The position numbers and the translations under genes were made by a program. The notes under the pieces were generated by a model, which worked only from the letters and a program-made list of their open reading frames with translations, had not been told where the DNA came from and did no database searches. From Cyanophora paradoxa CCMP329 (taxonomy: Eukaryota > Plantae > Glaucophyta): 64,000 nucleotides of DNA. Below are positions 23,344 to 41,862 of this stretch, piece after piece (position 1 is the stretch's first letter; every line of letters begins with the position of its first letter). The stretch is from positions 1-64,000 of the forward strand of contig QPMI01000157.1 of NCBI GenBank assembly GCA_004431415.1, written 5' to 3'.

Positions 23344-23944
23344 CGCTCGATAGTATAGCTAGCTAGCACGATGAGAAGTTTTGAAGCTTGAACAGATCAC
23401 GCGTATACGTACGCATTGCGCATATACATGTATCGCCCATGCCGGCCCGGCGCCGGGGCCGTGGCCCGCGGCCATGGCCATGATATAATTATATAAGTAT
23501 ACGATGGATCCTCGGATCGCGAGGCACTGAGTCCTGAGGGGTTCATGATCATGATTCAAAATTAAAGCGCTGCAGCTGGCACTGCGCGGCATGTACATGT
23601 TTCGATCCATCTTGGTATCGACGCGTACGGGCGCATGTGATCATGTGATCGTGACCTCGACTGATTGTTTCTCGATAACAGAAATTCGATATCAAATATG
23701 CAAGAGCGCCAAAATCTGCGACGTTACCTGAAAACTATAATACGGCGCGCGCACGGTTAACGAGACCTACAGCTAACGAGTGCGTGGGGGTTCGAGGACG
23801 CAACGGGCTCGACCGCGAGAAAGGCCCCGTCGCTCGGGGAGCGTCCTCAGCAGCCGCTGCAAGTTTTAAAGTTTCGAGAAGGGCGCGCGGGGGCGCACGT
23901 GGGCAGCGGTCCCCGCCCGCCGCCGCGCCGCGCCGCGGCGTCGT

Positions 23945-25446
23945 TTAGATGCGCTGCGGGCCCGGGGCCGCCATCGGGTTCGCGCCGTAGGGCTGGGCGG
24001 GGTACCTGCGAGACTTCAGCGAGCGGCGAAAATCACAGCGCTTGGCTCCCAAGGGCGGAGGGCGCACCCTTGCGGGTAGCCGGCCGCAGGGCCGGCCGGG
24101 GGGTAGCCGGCGGGGTAGCCGGCCGGGGGGTAGCCGGCGGGCTGGCCGTACATGGGCTGACGGGGGTGCCTGTCAGGCCGGGCGGAGGGGGCGCGGGGCG
24201 GGGCGGGGCGGGGGAGGGGGGACCTGGGGGGGCGGGGGCGCCATGGAGACGGGCTGGCCCATGGGGACGGCGACGGCCGGCTGGGCGACCATGGGGGCCA
24301 TCACCACCGCCACCGGCTGCTTCAGCGGCGGCCTGCCCCGCCCGGCCCGCCGGCGTCAGACGAGAAGAGCGGGGCTGCCGGGGCGCGTCGAGCGAGAAGA
24401 GGAGGGAAAAGGGGGCACCGCTTGCCCTCGCGCACGGCGAGCTCCGTGCCGTGCTGCGCTTGCACTGGAGGGGGGTCAGAGACGAACCCTCGCCTCGCCT
24501 CACTGGGGAGGGCGCTCACTGCAGGCTTGCACGGCGCAGTACTGGAGGTCCGCCGCGCACGAGATGAGCTGCGCCACGCTGCGCGGCGGGGCGCGTCGGG
24601 CTCCGGGGCGGGGCGCGCGGGGCTCCGGGCCGGCCCGCACCTGCCGTCGACGAAGATGGAGACGATGCAGGCGACCCACGAGCAGATGCACGACGTCCAC
24701 AGGATGCAGTTGCTGCGCCCCGGCGCCCCCCCGGGCGCCGGAGTCACGAGGGGGCCGGCGGGGGCGTGCGAGCGCGCGCGCGTTCGGGGGGAGGGACGGC
24801 GCACTCGCAGGGCGTGCTGCGCGCGGGGCGGGCGTCAACGAGAGACGGCGGGGAGGGCGGGGCGGCGGGCGCGCACTTCTGGAGCATGTACTTGCCCTGG
24901 ATGAGGAGGCGGTTGCCGGAGACGGCGCAGCTGAAGCAGCACGCGACCTCGCACGCCAGGCAGCACTCCGGGCACGACTTCGTGCAGCTGTGGCAGTCCC
25001 CGCAGCTGCCCCCGCCCCCGCCCCGGCTCGCCCTGCCGCCGCCGCCGCGCGGGGGAGGGCGCGCACCAGGCACAAAGGCCGGCGCAGCATCGGTAGTTGT
25101 TCATGTTTCCTGCGAGCCGAGGGCGTGGTGAGTGAGGGAAGTGCTCGCGGGACTGCCCAGCCGCACAGCAGCCAGGCAGACTCTGAGAGTGAGCACGGAC
25201 CGTCGAGGGCGCGGACACGATGGTCGTAGGCCGCGCAGCACGGGCAGAAGCACGCGAAGCAGCTGCGCGCCGGGCCGTCAGCAGAGGCGGCGCGGACGGT
25301 TGGAGCCCCCCGGCGTCTTCCTCCACAAGGCGCGGGCCGGGAGCGCGCGCGGTGATAGGAGATGATTGGAGCGCGTAAGATAGCTAACGCCTCATAAGAT
25401 AGTGCGTGGAGCGGCGAGGGTCCCGAGGCCCCGGAGCGTCGCTCAT
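23945..25446 (-). CDS. PLAC8-family Cys-rich protein with a GYP-repeat tail
   Basis: CFACFCPCCAAYDHRVRALDG/NMNNYRCCAG; CPECCLACEVACCFSCAVSGNRLLIQGKY; QAQHGTEL; PAGYP repeats. Confidence 0.78.
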
Positions 25447-26028
25447 GCGAAGGGATCAAAAAGTAACGCCGGCGTTAAACATGCGGGGCGTGATAGGACC
25501 GCGCCGCTGGGAGGCAGGCTATCGGAAGGTGAGATCGATTGTAATCTAAATCATCTCATGCGTTCGGGCTCGTCGTCGCACGCACCACTCGCCCGGGACG
25601 GTCGTGCACGTGTCTATGGCGGGAGGGCGGGAAGCGGTTCAGCGATTTCCAATACGCTGAACGAACCGGGGCACATCCAAAGAAAAGCACCGCACCGCAC
25701 ATGTCAACCTGCCTGAGAGGGAGTCAGCAAAAACCGGACTCGGAGGGCGGCGGCAGGCGGCTGGGCCTTAGCGAACCACTCATTCCTGAAAACGTTCTGG
25801 AGAACATCGGCACGGGTCAGGCGGCGAAGGCGGAACCTCGGACGGAGCGACGGAAGGCGTTACCTTATCTGCGCGTCGGGCGGCGTCAGGGAGCGCACAG
25901 AGGGTCAGCAGAGCGGATAGCCGAACGCCGGCCAGCGCACCTCGCTTGACCGGCGGCATTTTCGGTTATTCCACGTTTTGGGGGGAAGAGATAGCTGGGG
26001 GGTAGAGGAGGAAGAGAAAGAGATACTC

Positions 26029-30399
<4,371 letters not shown>

Positions 30400-30837
30400 G
30401 TTGCTTGTTCTCGTTGTGAGCCCCTGTATACGTAGGTCCGTGTCTTCTCCCACTTTTTGCAGAATGCACAGTGCTAGCCTTTCCCACAGCCTGATCATGA
30501 CAGCTGCATGGCACATGCTTGCACTTGCTACATCATATGCATCAATATTTAATATTGCACATATGCACACATGCATGTTCGAAGCTGCGCATGCAGCTGC
30601 AGCCACGAACATGTATTCGACCAAGCTGAAGCTCAAGTGATCTAGCTAGCCATATGCATAGGCCTCGCGTACATATGCATGTGCCGCACTGCGGCAGTTC
30701 GTATTCAGTACTAGTAAATCACATGTACATGTACATGTACACTAATAAGGCACATATTCGAAAGAATGCATATATATACTTGGATGCACGCACAGAGACG
30801 ATGTTCGTAACATAGATCGAAATCAAGCTTAACCTAA

Positions 30838-31514
30838 CTAATGGACGGCATTGCTGCTGCTGCTGCTTCTTTTCGTAGATCCTCCGCTGCATTGAGCAGT
30901 GTGGAGGACGCAGAGAGAAGGTGCTGCGAGCATCATCAGATCGCCAAACACGGCAAAGAACGGAGGATGAAGAAGACGCGCCTTTCGCTTCAACGCTAAT
31001 CTTACACCAAGATCACGGGCCTGTAATTCTTCTGGTGGAGCTTGCTGGAAGACGTGGTGAAGCGTTAGATGCTCGCCGCCAAGTAGCATCGACAAGAGCG
31101 ACAGCATAAACTCGAGCTCAACGCGCGCATGCCTGCAAGGCGGGGACATCAGACGCGTGCCATAGAGCGAATGAGGGCGACGCTTACGTCAATTCCTCGA
31201 GGGGTCCTGTCCACGGGAAGGTCTGCTTCAGTGGGTCGACGGGTGGCACGTCGGAGGCGCTCTGCAATCCACTCTGTCGCGCTAGGTCGAGCGCTGCGTA
31301 ATCGATCTTCCGAAGTTGTGCGGACAGATCTTCTTCGGCTGCATGCTCTCTGCACGGCGCCTGAGAAGCAGCAAGCCGCGACGGGACAAGCGCCTACGCA
31401 CGGCGCGAGCGTCTCAGTCTCTCCTTCGTAGCAGAGAATCTCGCGCTCAATGCGCGGCTGCATGATCAGAAGCGGAGGACGCCGCGCGGCGTCCTCCTCC
31501 ATCGGCGCCGACAT
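30838..31514 (-). CDS. Small unknown spliced gene; exon structure uncertain
   Basis: MSAPMEEDAARRPPLLIMQPRIEREILCYEG followed by a GT donor; downstream exons not resolved. Confidence 0.35.
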
Positions 31515-32055
31515 TCAAGATTGATGTGACTCCGGGGTCGCCGAACTTCACAGGCTGCTCTTGTTCGAATTGCTGATGTTGATGCGTAGTACTAGTGAGC
31601 TTGCAAATGGCCTTTTGATCTGCTTGCTCTGCCAGCTATGTGCGCAAGCATATACCCCCCCGGCCCGAATCTCGAGACCCCGGCCCAACCTCTCCCCCCC
31701 CCAAAAAATTAATACTGGGCCCCCATGCCAAGGCATCAGCCTCCCTCAAGCTTTCAGCATTCCATGCTCTTTGATTCACCCTTCAGCAAAGATTCCTACG
31801 TGTGCAAGCACTTTAGCAGCTTCGAATTGCAAGGATGTGGAACCATGGCCAAAAAGAATTGCAAAGTTTTAAGCCTAAGGAATACTGCTTGATCACGAGA
31901 ATGAGAAGTGTATACGTATACATGGCGATGGACTGTCCCTTTCGAGGGAGCGGATTTTGCAAGACTGTACAGCAGCTGAAATGGTTGAAAAGTCAAAACT
32001 AGGTAATGGTCTTGATGAAACGAAGTCGAAGGGCCACAGCCATGTGGGCCGGTAT

Positions 32056-33042
32056 TCAACGCGAGGCCTCGAAATCGACCGCGGCCATCTGCAGAATAAA
32101 TGAGGCAATGCAAACGAGACATGCGGACCAAGCGGCAAGGGACACGCGCACTGTATTCACAAGCGAGGGGAAGCCAAACTTGGCGACGAGCTGGGCCAGG
32201 AGGTTTGACGGCACGCAGCCAGTCGAAGTCGCGTCACACTTCATTCCTGCCCGAGCTCGTCGTTGGCGGGAGGCCGGCTGGCGGTGGGAAGGGATCGCAC
32301 CCTCGGGGCAGCAGTGGTTCTTGTCTGCACAGCACTCCGCCTTGGGCGACGGGCAGCAGCTGTAGGGAGTACGTGTGACTGCACCATTCAGCCCCGAGCT
32401 ACAGGAGCCGGCCAGCACGCACCCATACTTCTCCTTGGGCTCTGGGGCCGGCTTGGCGCCGGGCGACGGCTTGGGCTCGGGCGCCAGCGGGCAGCACGTT
32501 GACCCCTGTGCAATTCATGAGTTATGCAGCCGTATGTTAATTCGTGATAAAATCAGACCTCCGGGCAAATCGTGCGCTTGTCTGAGACGCCGCGTCAGCA
32601 GCACCAGCGCATTGCGGGGGGCGACGGGGCGATGCTGCACCAGGGCACTCGATCGTAGGCGTGGCAGCGAACTTGACCATGGCACTCATCTCCACGTTCG
32701 CACCCGGAAGCAGGCAGGAGCTTGCGGTCGATCCGCACTGGTAGCCGTTCGGACAGCAGTGCCTGCATAGCGCGTCAGGGGCGGCCAAGCGATCTGAATC
32801 ACAGATCATAGAGCGGACAGGTGATCTGGGCAGCAGATCGCATCTGGCGCGGGGCAGCATCCAAACGTCCCCTTCTTCTCGAGCTCGCAGCACGTCGTCT
32901 GATCGGGGCACGCGGACTTCTCTGCTCCAAGTCAGCGACGAAACCAGGGGTCAAAACGACGCGCACGGTCGGGGCAGACGACGAACGCGGAGGCAACCGA
33001 GGCGATCAAGAGCGCTCCTACGAGCAACCAGCAGCGAGACAT
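32056..33042 (-). CDS. Secreted protein with two granulin domains
   Basis: Signal peptide [20 protein letters not shown]; [40 protein letters not shown]; [24 protein letters not shown]. Confidence 0.9.
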
Positions 33043-33211
33043 CTTGAAGCGGTTGCGCGCCTGCGACCCCTCGACTCGCTTTTGACGCACTACCCCCCCA
33101 AGTCGCTGGCGGCTGTCCGCGTGTGTGCAGGCCGCTTGCAACACCCCTAGCGACGCGTGCATAGAGAGTTCAGCTTGTCTTGGAGCGGCTAGTTTCCTCA
33201 CAGCGGCGGCG

Positions 33212-35299
33212 ATGGCCGGGATTCGAGTCCAGCCGACGAGGGTGTCGCAGCCCCAGCCGAACCCGGACGATGTCGTCGTGTGCTTTGATATCAGCAAGCG
33301 CGAGACACATCACCCTGCCCAGGGGTTCAAGCAGATGTGCAGGAAGCTGAAGTTCAAAATAACAACGTGAGCTCGCCCACGCCCGCGAACGGCTGCCGCG
33401 CGGTTGCGCTATCAGCATTCACTAGCTTAGTTGGTCTTCTGTCGATAGCTACGGCGCCTGTGCGTAGCTGGTCGCTAGCTGACCTATTTTCACTTGCTCG
33501 CAGGAACAAGGATGAGATCACCCCCAAGGTGCTGAGCGGCGTGCATCTCTTCGTCATGGGTGGACCTACCGATCAGATCTCATCAAAAGAGGCGCGCTCC
33601 GCTCCCGGCGCGCTGCAGCGGACTTCCGCGACCTCCGTAGCTAACACGCTCAGCGCAGTTCGAGACGCTCAAGGGCTACCTGAACATGGGAGGCAGCGTG
33701 CTCTTGTTCCTGGGCGAGGGAGGCGAGGGGAAGTTCGGCACGAATGTCAACTTCTTGCTCGAAGAGTATGGCATCATGGTGAACAACGACGCGGTGATCC
33801 GGACAGTGTACTACAAGTACCTGCATCCGAAGGTTCCTCCGCACACGCGCAGCGCGCGCCCGGCCCCTCGGCAGCGACTCACGGACCCCGCGCGAGCAGG
33901 AGGTCTTCATCAACGACGGCGTCGTGAACCGCGCCATTACGAAGGCGGTGAACAACGTGCACGGGAAGACGTTGGAAAGATCGGGCAGCATGCGTGTCGG
34001 GTTCGCGCGCTCTGCCGCGTCGCCGCTCACGTTTCCTTCCTCACGCCCCTCGTTCCTTCTGGCAGGTCCGCCGGCGCCTCCAAACCGTCCGCAGAGAACG
34101 TCCTCAACGATGATATCAAAGGGTTAGCACGCGCGAAAGGTGTTGCCACGCGCGGGCTCACCGCTGACCCGCGGGTCCGCTCAGGGGCGTCACGTTCGTT
34201 TACCCCTACGGGGCGACCCTGTCCGTCCAGAAGCCCGCCATCCCCATCCTGGCCACCGGCCAGATGTCGTACCCCCTCAACCGTCCCATAGCAGCCGTCT
34301 CCTCGAACAAGGCTCGCCCCCGCCGGCGCCGCCCCCGCCGGCGCCGCCTGCCTGAGCGTCGCGCAGCAAACGGGCAAGGGCCGCCTACTGGTGCTGGGCT
34401 CCGTTCGCATGTTCGACGACCAGTTCCTGGAGCTCGAGGAGAACTCGAAGCTCATGGTGCGGCCCCTTCTCCTCCGAGACCGGCCGCACCCGCCCAGCCG
34501 CCGCTTCCCTCCGCGCCCCGCCGAGCCGGCCCCGCCCCGCCCCGCAGGACGTTCTCTTCCGCTGGCTCCTCGGCTCCGACGGCATCGAAATGAACTCTGT
34601 GGTGCGAGCGAAGGCGGAGCGAGCGCCGGGCGGGGCGGGGCGGGGCGCAGCCGGCCCCGCGGGGCGGCGGGGGCTGAGGGGTGCGGGGCGGGGCGCAGGA
34701 CGCGGACGACCCGGACATCAACGAGTACCACCACGTGCCGGACACGGGGGCGCTGGCGGAGCGGCTGCGGTGCTGCCTGCAGGAGAGCGAGGAGCTGCCG
34801 CGGGACTTCACGACGCTGTACGACGAGAAGCTCTTCAAGTTCGACACGAGCCTCATCCCGGAGGCCGTCACCCTCTACGAGCGCCTCGGCGTCAAGCACG
34901 AGCCCCTCACCCTCATCCCGCCCCAGTTCGAGACGCCCCTCCCGGCCCTCCAGCCGGCCGTCTTCCCCCCGGCGCTGCGCGAGCCGCCCCCGCCGGCCCT
35001 CGACCTCTTCGACCTCGACGAGCACTTCGCGAGCGAGAAGTCCCGCATGGCCACCCTCTCCAACAAATGTGCCCCAGGGCCCCACCCCCCCGCTCCCGCT
35101 ATCTGGCGCTTGCTGAGATCTTCCGCCCGCGGCAGGCACGGAGGCGGACCTGGAGTACTACATCCGGGAGAGCGGGGAGATCCTGGGGGTGACGCACAAG
35201 CTGGCGGCGAACAGGCGGGAGGCGAAGCACATCCTCGAGTACGTCTTCACGCAGCTCGTCCAGTGGAAGAAGCTCAACCAGGACCAGGCCCTCGAATAG
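33212..35299 (+). CDS. IFT52: Intraflagellar transport protein 52
   Basis: GEGGEGKFGTNVNFLLEEYGIMVNNDAVIRTVYYKYLHPKE, FVYPYGATLSVQKPA, SYPLNRPI, HEPLTLIPPQFETPLPALQPAVFPP, LFDLDEHFASE. Confidence 0.95.
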
Positions 35300-35607
35300 C
35301 ACCCCCGGCCCCCCGGGGGCCCCCGCCCTCTCTCCTTTCCACCCGCCCGCCTCCCCCCGCCCCCGCTTCCACCTCCGCCGCGCCCCTTCCCAGCGCTCTC
35401 CCCCGACCTCGCCCGCCCACGCGCCCCCTGTCCATCCCTCCGTCCTTCCCGCGTTTCTGTACATGCGTAGGAGCCATCGACATCGCGCGGCGCCCCCGGA
35501 ACGGGGCGGGCGGGGCCTAGAACGGAGCGGGCGTCTGCGGCCTGGCCTCGACGCGCGCTCCAGCGGCGCCGGGGGAGAGGGCGCGGGAAGGGGGCGGGCG
35601 GGGGGCC

Positions 35608-38600
35608 TCAGAAGGCGAACGAGTCGAGGGCGTCGAGCTCGAGGGGGTGCAGGGGCCGCCCCATGGCCGCCGAGTCGCGCGGGGCCTCCTTGGCCTCCCC
35701 GGGGGCGATGTCGGCGACCTTGCCCGGGTTGCACACGACGGCGGCCAGCGAGGCGCGCGCCTCGAAGAGCGGCGCCACCCGCCGCGCGCACACGTCCTTC
35801 AGCGCCGCCGGCGTCACCGCCTGCACCGCCGACGCGGGCCGTCGGGAGGGGGGGCGACGCGGGCGGCGGCGCGGGGTACACGCGCCTGGACGGAGCGCAG
35901 GAGGGAGGCGTGGTAGGAGAGCCCGACACGCCGCAGGTGGTGCAGCAGACGCTGCTGGGCCGCCTGCAGGGGGTACGCTCGCTCGAGGGGGGTACGGCCG
36001 CTCAGGAGCGGGGGGTACGGCGCGCCTTCTCGAGGGTCTGCTCGCGAGCGATGATCCCATAGCAGACGGAGGCGCGCGCCGCCGCCGCCCGCTCCGCCTC
36101 GAACTCGGTCTGCCGTACCCCCCTGAGCGCGGGCCCCGCACCCCCGCGGGGCCGGGGGCCCGCACCGCGCCGGAGGCGAAGTCGCGGGCGATCTTGGCGG
36201 CGAGGGGGTACGCCTTCTCCGGGGACCCGGACTTGAAGAGGGTGAAGTAGATGGTCCCCTCCTCCACCTGCGCGGGCAGCCGCTCAGGCGAGCTCGAAGA
36301 GGGGGCGGGGGGCAGGCGGGGAGGGGGCGAGGGGCCGGGCCTCGGGGCGGATGCCGTAGGAGTACGAGAGGCCCTGCCCGCGGATCTGCTTCCACAGCGG
36401 CCCCTCCATCGTCGTCAGGTACTGCGGCCCGCCGCCCGTCAGCCGCCGGCTTCACCGTAACGCAATCGATCATCTACGGTGCTGGCTCGTCTATTAAAAC
36501 GCCGGGCCCTCGGATGCAAGCCGCGACGCATTTGCGGTCTATAGCAATGCGGTGCGACGGGGGGCGGGGGTCTGGGGCGGGGACGGCGCGCCTCGAGGAG
36601 GACGAGGAGGGCGGGGAGGTCGGGGTCGTCGAAGCCGGCCGGGCCCGCCGCCGCCTGCCGTGGGGCGAGGCGTGAGAGGGCGCGCGGCGCGACGGGGGGA
36701 GAAGACTCCGAGCTTGGAGCCGTCCGTCTATGGGCCTTCTTTAGCCTTCTCTTAAATTCGGCGCGCCTGGGCGACGAAGGAGGACTCGACGGCGCCGAGG
36801 GCGACGAGGAGGCCCGGGCGGGGTGCAGGCGCCGGGGCCAGCGCCCGCAGGAAGTCCCGCGTCCACGGCAGCGCCGCCGGGCGGCCCGCGGCGGGGCGCA
36901 CCCCCGGCGGCAAGAAGTCCCGCGTCCACGGCCTGCGCGCTGCCCTCAGGGCCGGGCGGAGGGCCCGTGCCCCCCTCCGCCGCACCGCTTGGGGTTCTCG
37001 AGGGTGAACGCGTTCGCGGAGACGTGCACGCGCATCGTGTCGGGGCGCACCAGCGCCGCCCGGAACTCTGAGGGGGAACGAGTGAGGGGGGTACAGGATG
37101 TGGCAGGGAGGGGAAAGGAGGGGGGGGGGGGTCACCCTCGAAGTCGGCCCAGGCGGCGTGCGGGTCCGAGTCGACGAGCTTCACGAACTCCTGGAGGAAG
37201 CGGGCCTGCGGGGAGGCGCGGGTTCGAGCCCCGCCGGGACCCTTTATCCCCCGAGCTTCGGACCTGGCGGACGAGGCTGCGGGCAGCGAGCGTCAGGAGG
37301 CAGAGGCAGAAAGGGGAGAGAGGGGGAAGAGAGGAGGGGCGGGCCTGGCGGCGCCGTGGTTGCTGAGGGGCCCCTCGGGGCGGGCGCCGGCGGGCCCCCA
37401 CCCGACGAGCGCCTCGCGGAGCGCCCCGTGCACGACCTGCGCGCCGCCCCCGGCCGCTCAGAGCGAAGACGGCACAAGAGGAGAGGGGAGAGGGCGGACG
37501 GCGTAGCCCTCGCGGCGGCGCTGCTGGGCCTCGCTGAGGAGCTTCTGGGCCGCCACCTTCAGCCTGCGAGCGGCCCCGGCGTGGGCGGGCCTGCGGCTGC
37601 GGCTAAGGAGGCGCGCGCGGGGGCCGGCACCTGTCCGGGGGGAAGAGGGGCTGGAAGAGGAGCTCGCGGAGCCAACGGACGGCGCGCCCGTACTTTCCCT
37701 TCTCCACCTTCACCCGCACCTCCACCGCCTGCCCCCTCCCGCCTCAGCGGCGAGGCGCGGGGAGGGAGAGGCGGGGAGGGGGCGGGGCGGGCCTGGGGGA
37801 AGGCGCCCGGGGAGAAGGTGCCGCCGCTGATGCCGATCGAGGCCGAGGTGGAGAGCGTGTCCTCGTTGAGCTGCGCCCGAGGGAGGCCGGCGCCTCAGCG
37901 CGGGGCCGGGGCCGGGGGGGCGGGGCGGGGCGGGTGCGGGCCTCGGAGACGACGCGCTCGTGGTCGACGGGGCGCCCGTCGCGCACGACGCCCGCCTTGA
38001 AGAGCGCCTCCCCGTACAGCTGCGGGGGGGCAAGGCCTCAGCTTCGCGAGGGGGAGGCGAGGGGGCGGGGGGCGCCTGGAGGAAGGGGCGGAGGCGGGCG
38101 GGGAGGGCGGTTGTGTCCAGAAGGACCTCCACCACCGCAAACTCCGACTCCACCTCTGCAAAGGGGGGGCACGCGCTCAGAGGGGGGGGGGGGGGGGCGG
38201 GGGAGGGGGGGGAGAAGGGGCGGCCGGGGCGGGCGCACGGTCGAACTGGGTCCAGACGGGAAGGGCGCCGCGTCGTCCTCCGCCAGCCGCGCCTGCGCGC
38301 CCGGCCGCGGCGTCACGCCGGGCGGGGCGGCGGGGTGGCGGGGCGGGGCGGGGCGGGGCGCACGGCGAGGCGGGCGGCGAGGGGCCCCGCGTCGGGCCCG
38401 AGGTCGGCGAGGGCCGCCCCGGCGCCTCGCTCCGCACCGTCGAGACCTGCCCGGCGGTCGCGTCGCGCGGGGGCCCGAGGGGCGGCGCGGGGCGGGTGCA
38501 TCGAGTCCGGGGGATCGCTCGCCTCGAAGAGCGGGACGCGGCTGACGTCCGGCACAGGGAACGAGGCTGCGGGGCAGCTCGGTGAGCGGGGGGCGGAAGG

Positions 38601-41472
38601 CGGGGGCGCGAAGAGGGGGGGGGGGGGGGGGGGGGGGCGTGTACCGAGGAGGGAGGTGGGGATCTCGACTTCGTTCGCGGCCGTGGCGGCCTCCAGCGCC
38701 GCCTTCAGCTCCGCCAGCTTCGCCTCCCCTGGGGGGTGGCTCGGCCGGGGCACGGTTTCGAGGGGCTTGCGGGTGTGGGGTACCGAGGGCCTTCGCCTGC
38801 GCCTCGACGCGGGCCTTCTCCTCCGCCGACATCTGAGTACCCCCGGGTCGGAAACGGGTACCCCCGTTCGCAATCCGGACCCGGGTGCGGCGCACGCGCT
38901 CAGCGAGGGCCTTGCTGGGCTTGCTCGAGACGGAGACGACGGGCGCGTTGAGGACCCACCTGCGGGCCGCCCGTCAGAGATGGGCCGAAGGGGACGGGGC
39001 GGGGGGTAGGGGATGAGGAGGGGGGTACGCGCTTGTCCAGGAGGGCGGTCCAGTACCCCGGCTCCTTCTTCGCGAGGGCGTCGAGGCGCCCGAGCTCCGA
39101 GGAGGCCTCGGCGAGGTCCGAGCCGGCCTCCGGCCCGTACAGGAAATCGTTCACCTGCGGGCGAACGCTCGCTCGCGAACGGGGCCCGCGCGCGTGCGCG
39201 GGGCGGGCGGGCGGGCGGGAGGTACGCGCGATGCGGAAGGTGAGGGCGCGCCAGGGGGTCTCCTCGAGGGTCGCGAGCCGCTTCAGGCGGCGGCGGTGGA
39301 GCACGGCCGCCAGGCGCGCCGCGTCGAGCCCGGCCTCCCGCACCCCCCGCAGCGTCTCGAAGAACACCCTGCGCGCCCCGCCCGCCCTCGCACTCGCACC
39401 GCGCCCGCGCGCGCCGAGCCGGGCGGGCGGGGTACGCGCTTGCGGCAGTCCTCCATCTTCTCCACGGGCACGCCCTCGGCCACCACGTACTGCGGGGTAC
39501 AGTCCGCGAAAAGAGGGGGGAACATAGGGGGGAGGGCGGGGCGGACGGTGGCGGTGGGGGAGTGGACGAGGGTGCCGTAGTCGACCTCGGAGGCGAGCGG
39601 CTCCTCCAGCTCCGTCAGCGCCTGCCCCACCCCCGGCGTCAGCACGCGCCCCCGCGCACGTTTCTGGGGGCGGGGCGGGCGGGGCGGGCCTTGCGGAGCG
39701 GGGAGACGGCGGAGTCGGTGAGGTACTCCCAGAGGACCTCGACCGCCATGCGCTCCTCGAACGCCTGCGGGGCCGCCCCCGGCTCGACGCCGGCGCGGGG
39801 CGCGGGGCGGGGCGGGCGGGGGCGGCGGACGGCGTAGGCGGGCCCGCGCCAGGCGAAGTAGAGGGCGCCCACCGAGTCGTCGTCCGCCGGGAACTCGCCC
39901 TGCCCCGCCCCGAGCTCGCCCCGGGAGGCGCGGCGGCGGCGGGGTACAGGGAAGGGACGGGGCGGACGAGGACGTCGACGGGGGCGGTGAGGGGCAGCAC
40001 GGGGTTCTGGCTCCACGGCCTGCCCGCCCCGCCCGCCCCGTAAGCCCTCCGCGCGGTGGGGCGGGGCGGGGCGGGGCAGGGACCTGGGGATGGGGGGCAG
40101 GGGCCCCTTGCCGGCCACGCGCTCCTCGAAGGGCAGCAGCGCCGCGAAGAGCTCCGCCGGGTCCACCTGCGCCGGCGCAGGCGGGGGCGCCCCGGGTCGC
40201 CCGGGGGAGGCGGGGCGGGGCGGGGCGGGGCGGAGCGCACGGTGCCGACGAGGACGAGGCAGAGGTTGTCCGGCCGGTAGTAGCTCCGGTGGTAGTCCTT
40301 GACTGCCCGGGGCACACGCGTCGGGACGGGAGGGGGTACAGGGGAGCGGAGGCGCGCGCGCGCACTCTTCTGGGCGGTGAGCTCGCGCAGGTTGGCGCAG
40401 ATGCCGCCCGTCTCGTACTTGTACCTGTACCGCGCTCAGCGCGGAGGGGAGCGGGCGCGGGGGGGAAGGGGGGCAGAGGCGCGCGCCCGCAGTCGCCGGG
40501 CCAGAGCGCGTGCAGCGCGGCGCGGAAGGCGCGCGAGGGGCCTGCCGGGCGCCAGAATCAAGCCGAGGGGCGAACAATCGGGCCGGGGCGGAGGAGGGGG
40601 CACCCGTGTTCTCGCGGGCCTGCATCTCGCAGTAGACGACGCCGGCGTTGGCGCCCTCGCCGTTCACGTGGTGCACCTCCGTCAGCACCCCGGAGTCCGT
40701 CATCGTCGCTGCCGCCGCCTCCAATCAGCGCCGCCGCACCGTGGGGGCGCGGGGGGTACGCACGGTAGAGGATGTGGTCCAGGTAGACGGGGAGGAGGGA
40801 CAGGAACCCCTGCGGTGAACGCGCGGCGGCTCGACGGCGGTCGCGTCCGGCGCGAAGAGGCGGAACGGAGCGGGGCCAGCGGCCGCACCTGAGCGCCAGC
40901 GGTCTCAAGCGTGTACGCCGTGTGGTCCGTGTCTGTCCACGCATCTGCCGCGCCCGGCGGTCACGCCCTTTTTCGCATGAAGCGCGGCGGGCGCGGCGCA
41001 GCCGCCGGGGCGCGGCTCACTCGTGCCGCGGGCGAGGCATCGGTTCGCGACGCTGTCGAGAACGCCCTTATAGGGATAGAGCTCCGACCCGAGAAAGACC
41101 TGCCGAGGCGCGTCGCACCAGGGCGACCGCTGTCAGGGAGGGGGGCGGCGAGGCGGGGCGCGTATACGTACGATGTGCTCGAGCGTGTGGGGCAGGCCAT
41201 CGTCCGAATGATCCTCCGTAGCGAGCGCGAAGAAGCTGGGCGCGCCCGGCGCCCGCGTACGTCAGATTCGACGCCGCAGTGCATACTCGATGCAAATGAA
41301 CCGCGCACCCGTTCACCAGTGGCCCAGGGGCGCTTGCGAGGACGACGGAGAGACCGGTGCGCTTGCTCCGCCACTTGGTTACGGGCACGCGGTCTTCGGC
41401 GGTGAACGAGGTGAGAAGCTCCCACGAAGCAGGCGTCGCCTGCTTCGAGCGGGCGAAGATGTCGGACGGCAT
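35608..41472 (-). CDS. M16 (insulinase/presequence-protease-like) zinc metallopeptidase
   Basis: DDGLPHTLEH (HxxEH), AWTDTDHTAY, LLPVYLDHIL, TEVHHVNGEGANAGVVYCEMQAREN, YKYETGG, DYHRSYYRPDNL, EGPLWKQIRGQGLSYSYG; many introns. Confidence 0.9.
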
Positions 41473-41862
41473 CGCTTGGTGTGCTAGGTCGCCGGTACCC
41501 CCACGCGGCGACGCCCCCCGAGGCGTCCTGGCTTCGAAATGAAGCGGGCGGGCCGCTCGAGCCCGGGCGCTTATAGGGCGCGTCCATCGCTCGATCTGCC
41601 CCCGCCGCCACCCCCAGCGCCGGAGCCGGCCGACTCTCCGCCGGAGCACGGCCACGGGCAAGAAGGCTACCTGCGCCCGCGCTCGTATAGCGTTGCAGCA
41701 TCGTCCGGGAGCGCTGACACCGCCGAATGGATCCTGAGGTGCGCCGCCGCGTAGCGCGCTTGCCAACGGCACCCGCTCACGCTGCCCGGCCGCAGCCCGC
41801 CTCTAAGCCCCGACGACCTTCAGCTAGATGTTGACATAGAGACCGAGCTGCACAGGCTCTCG

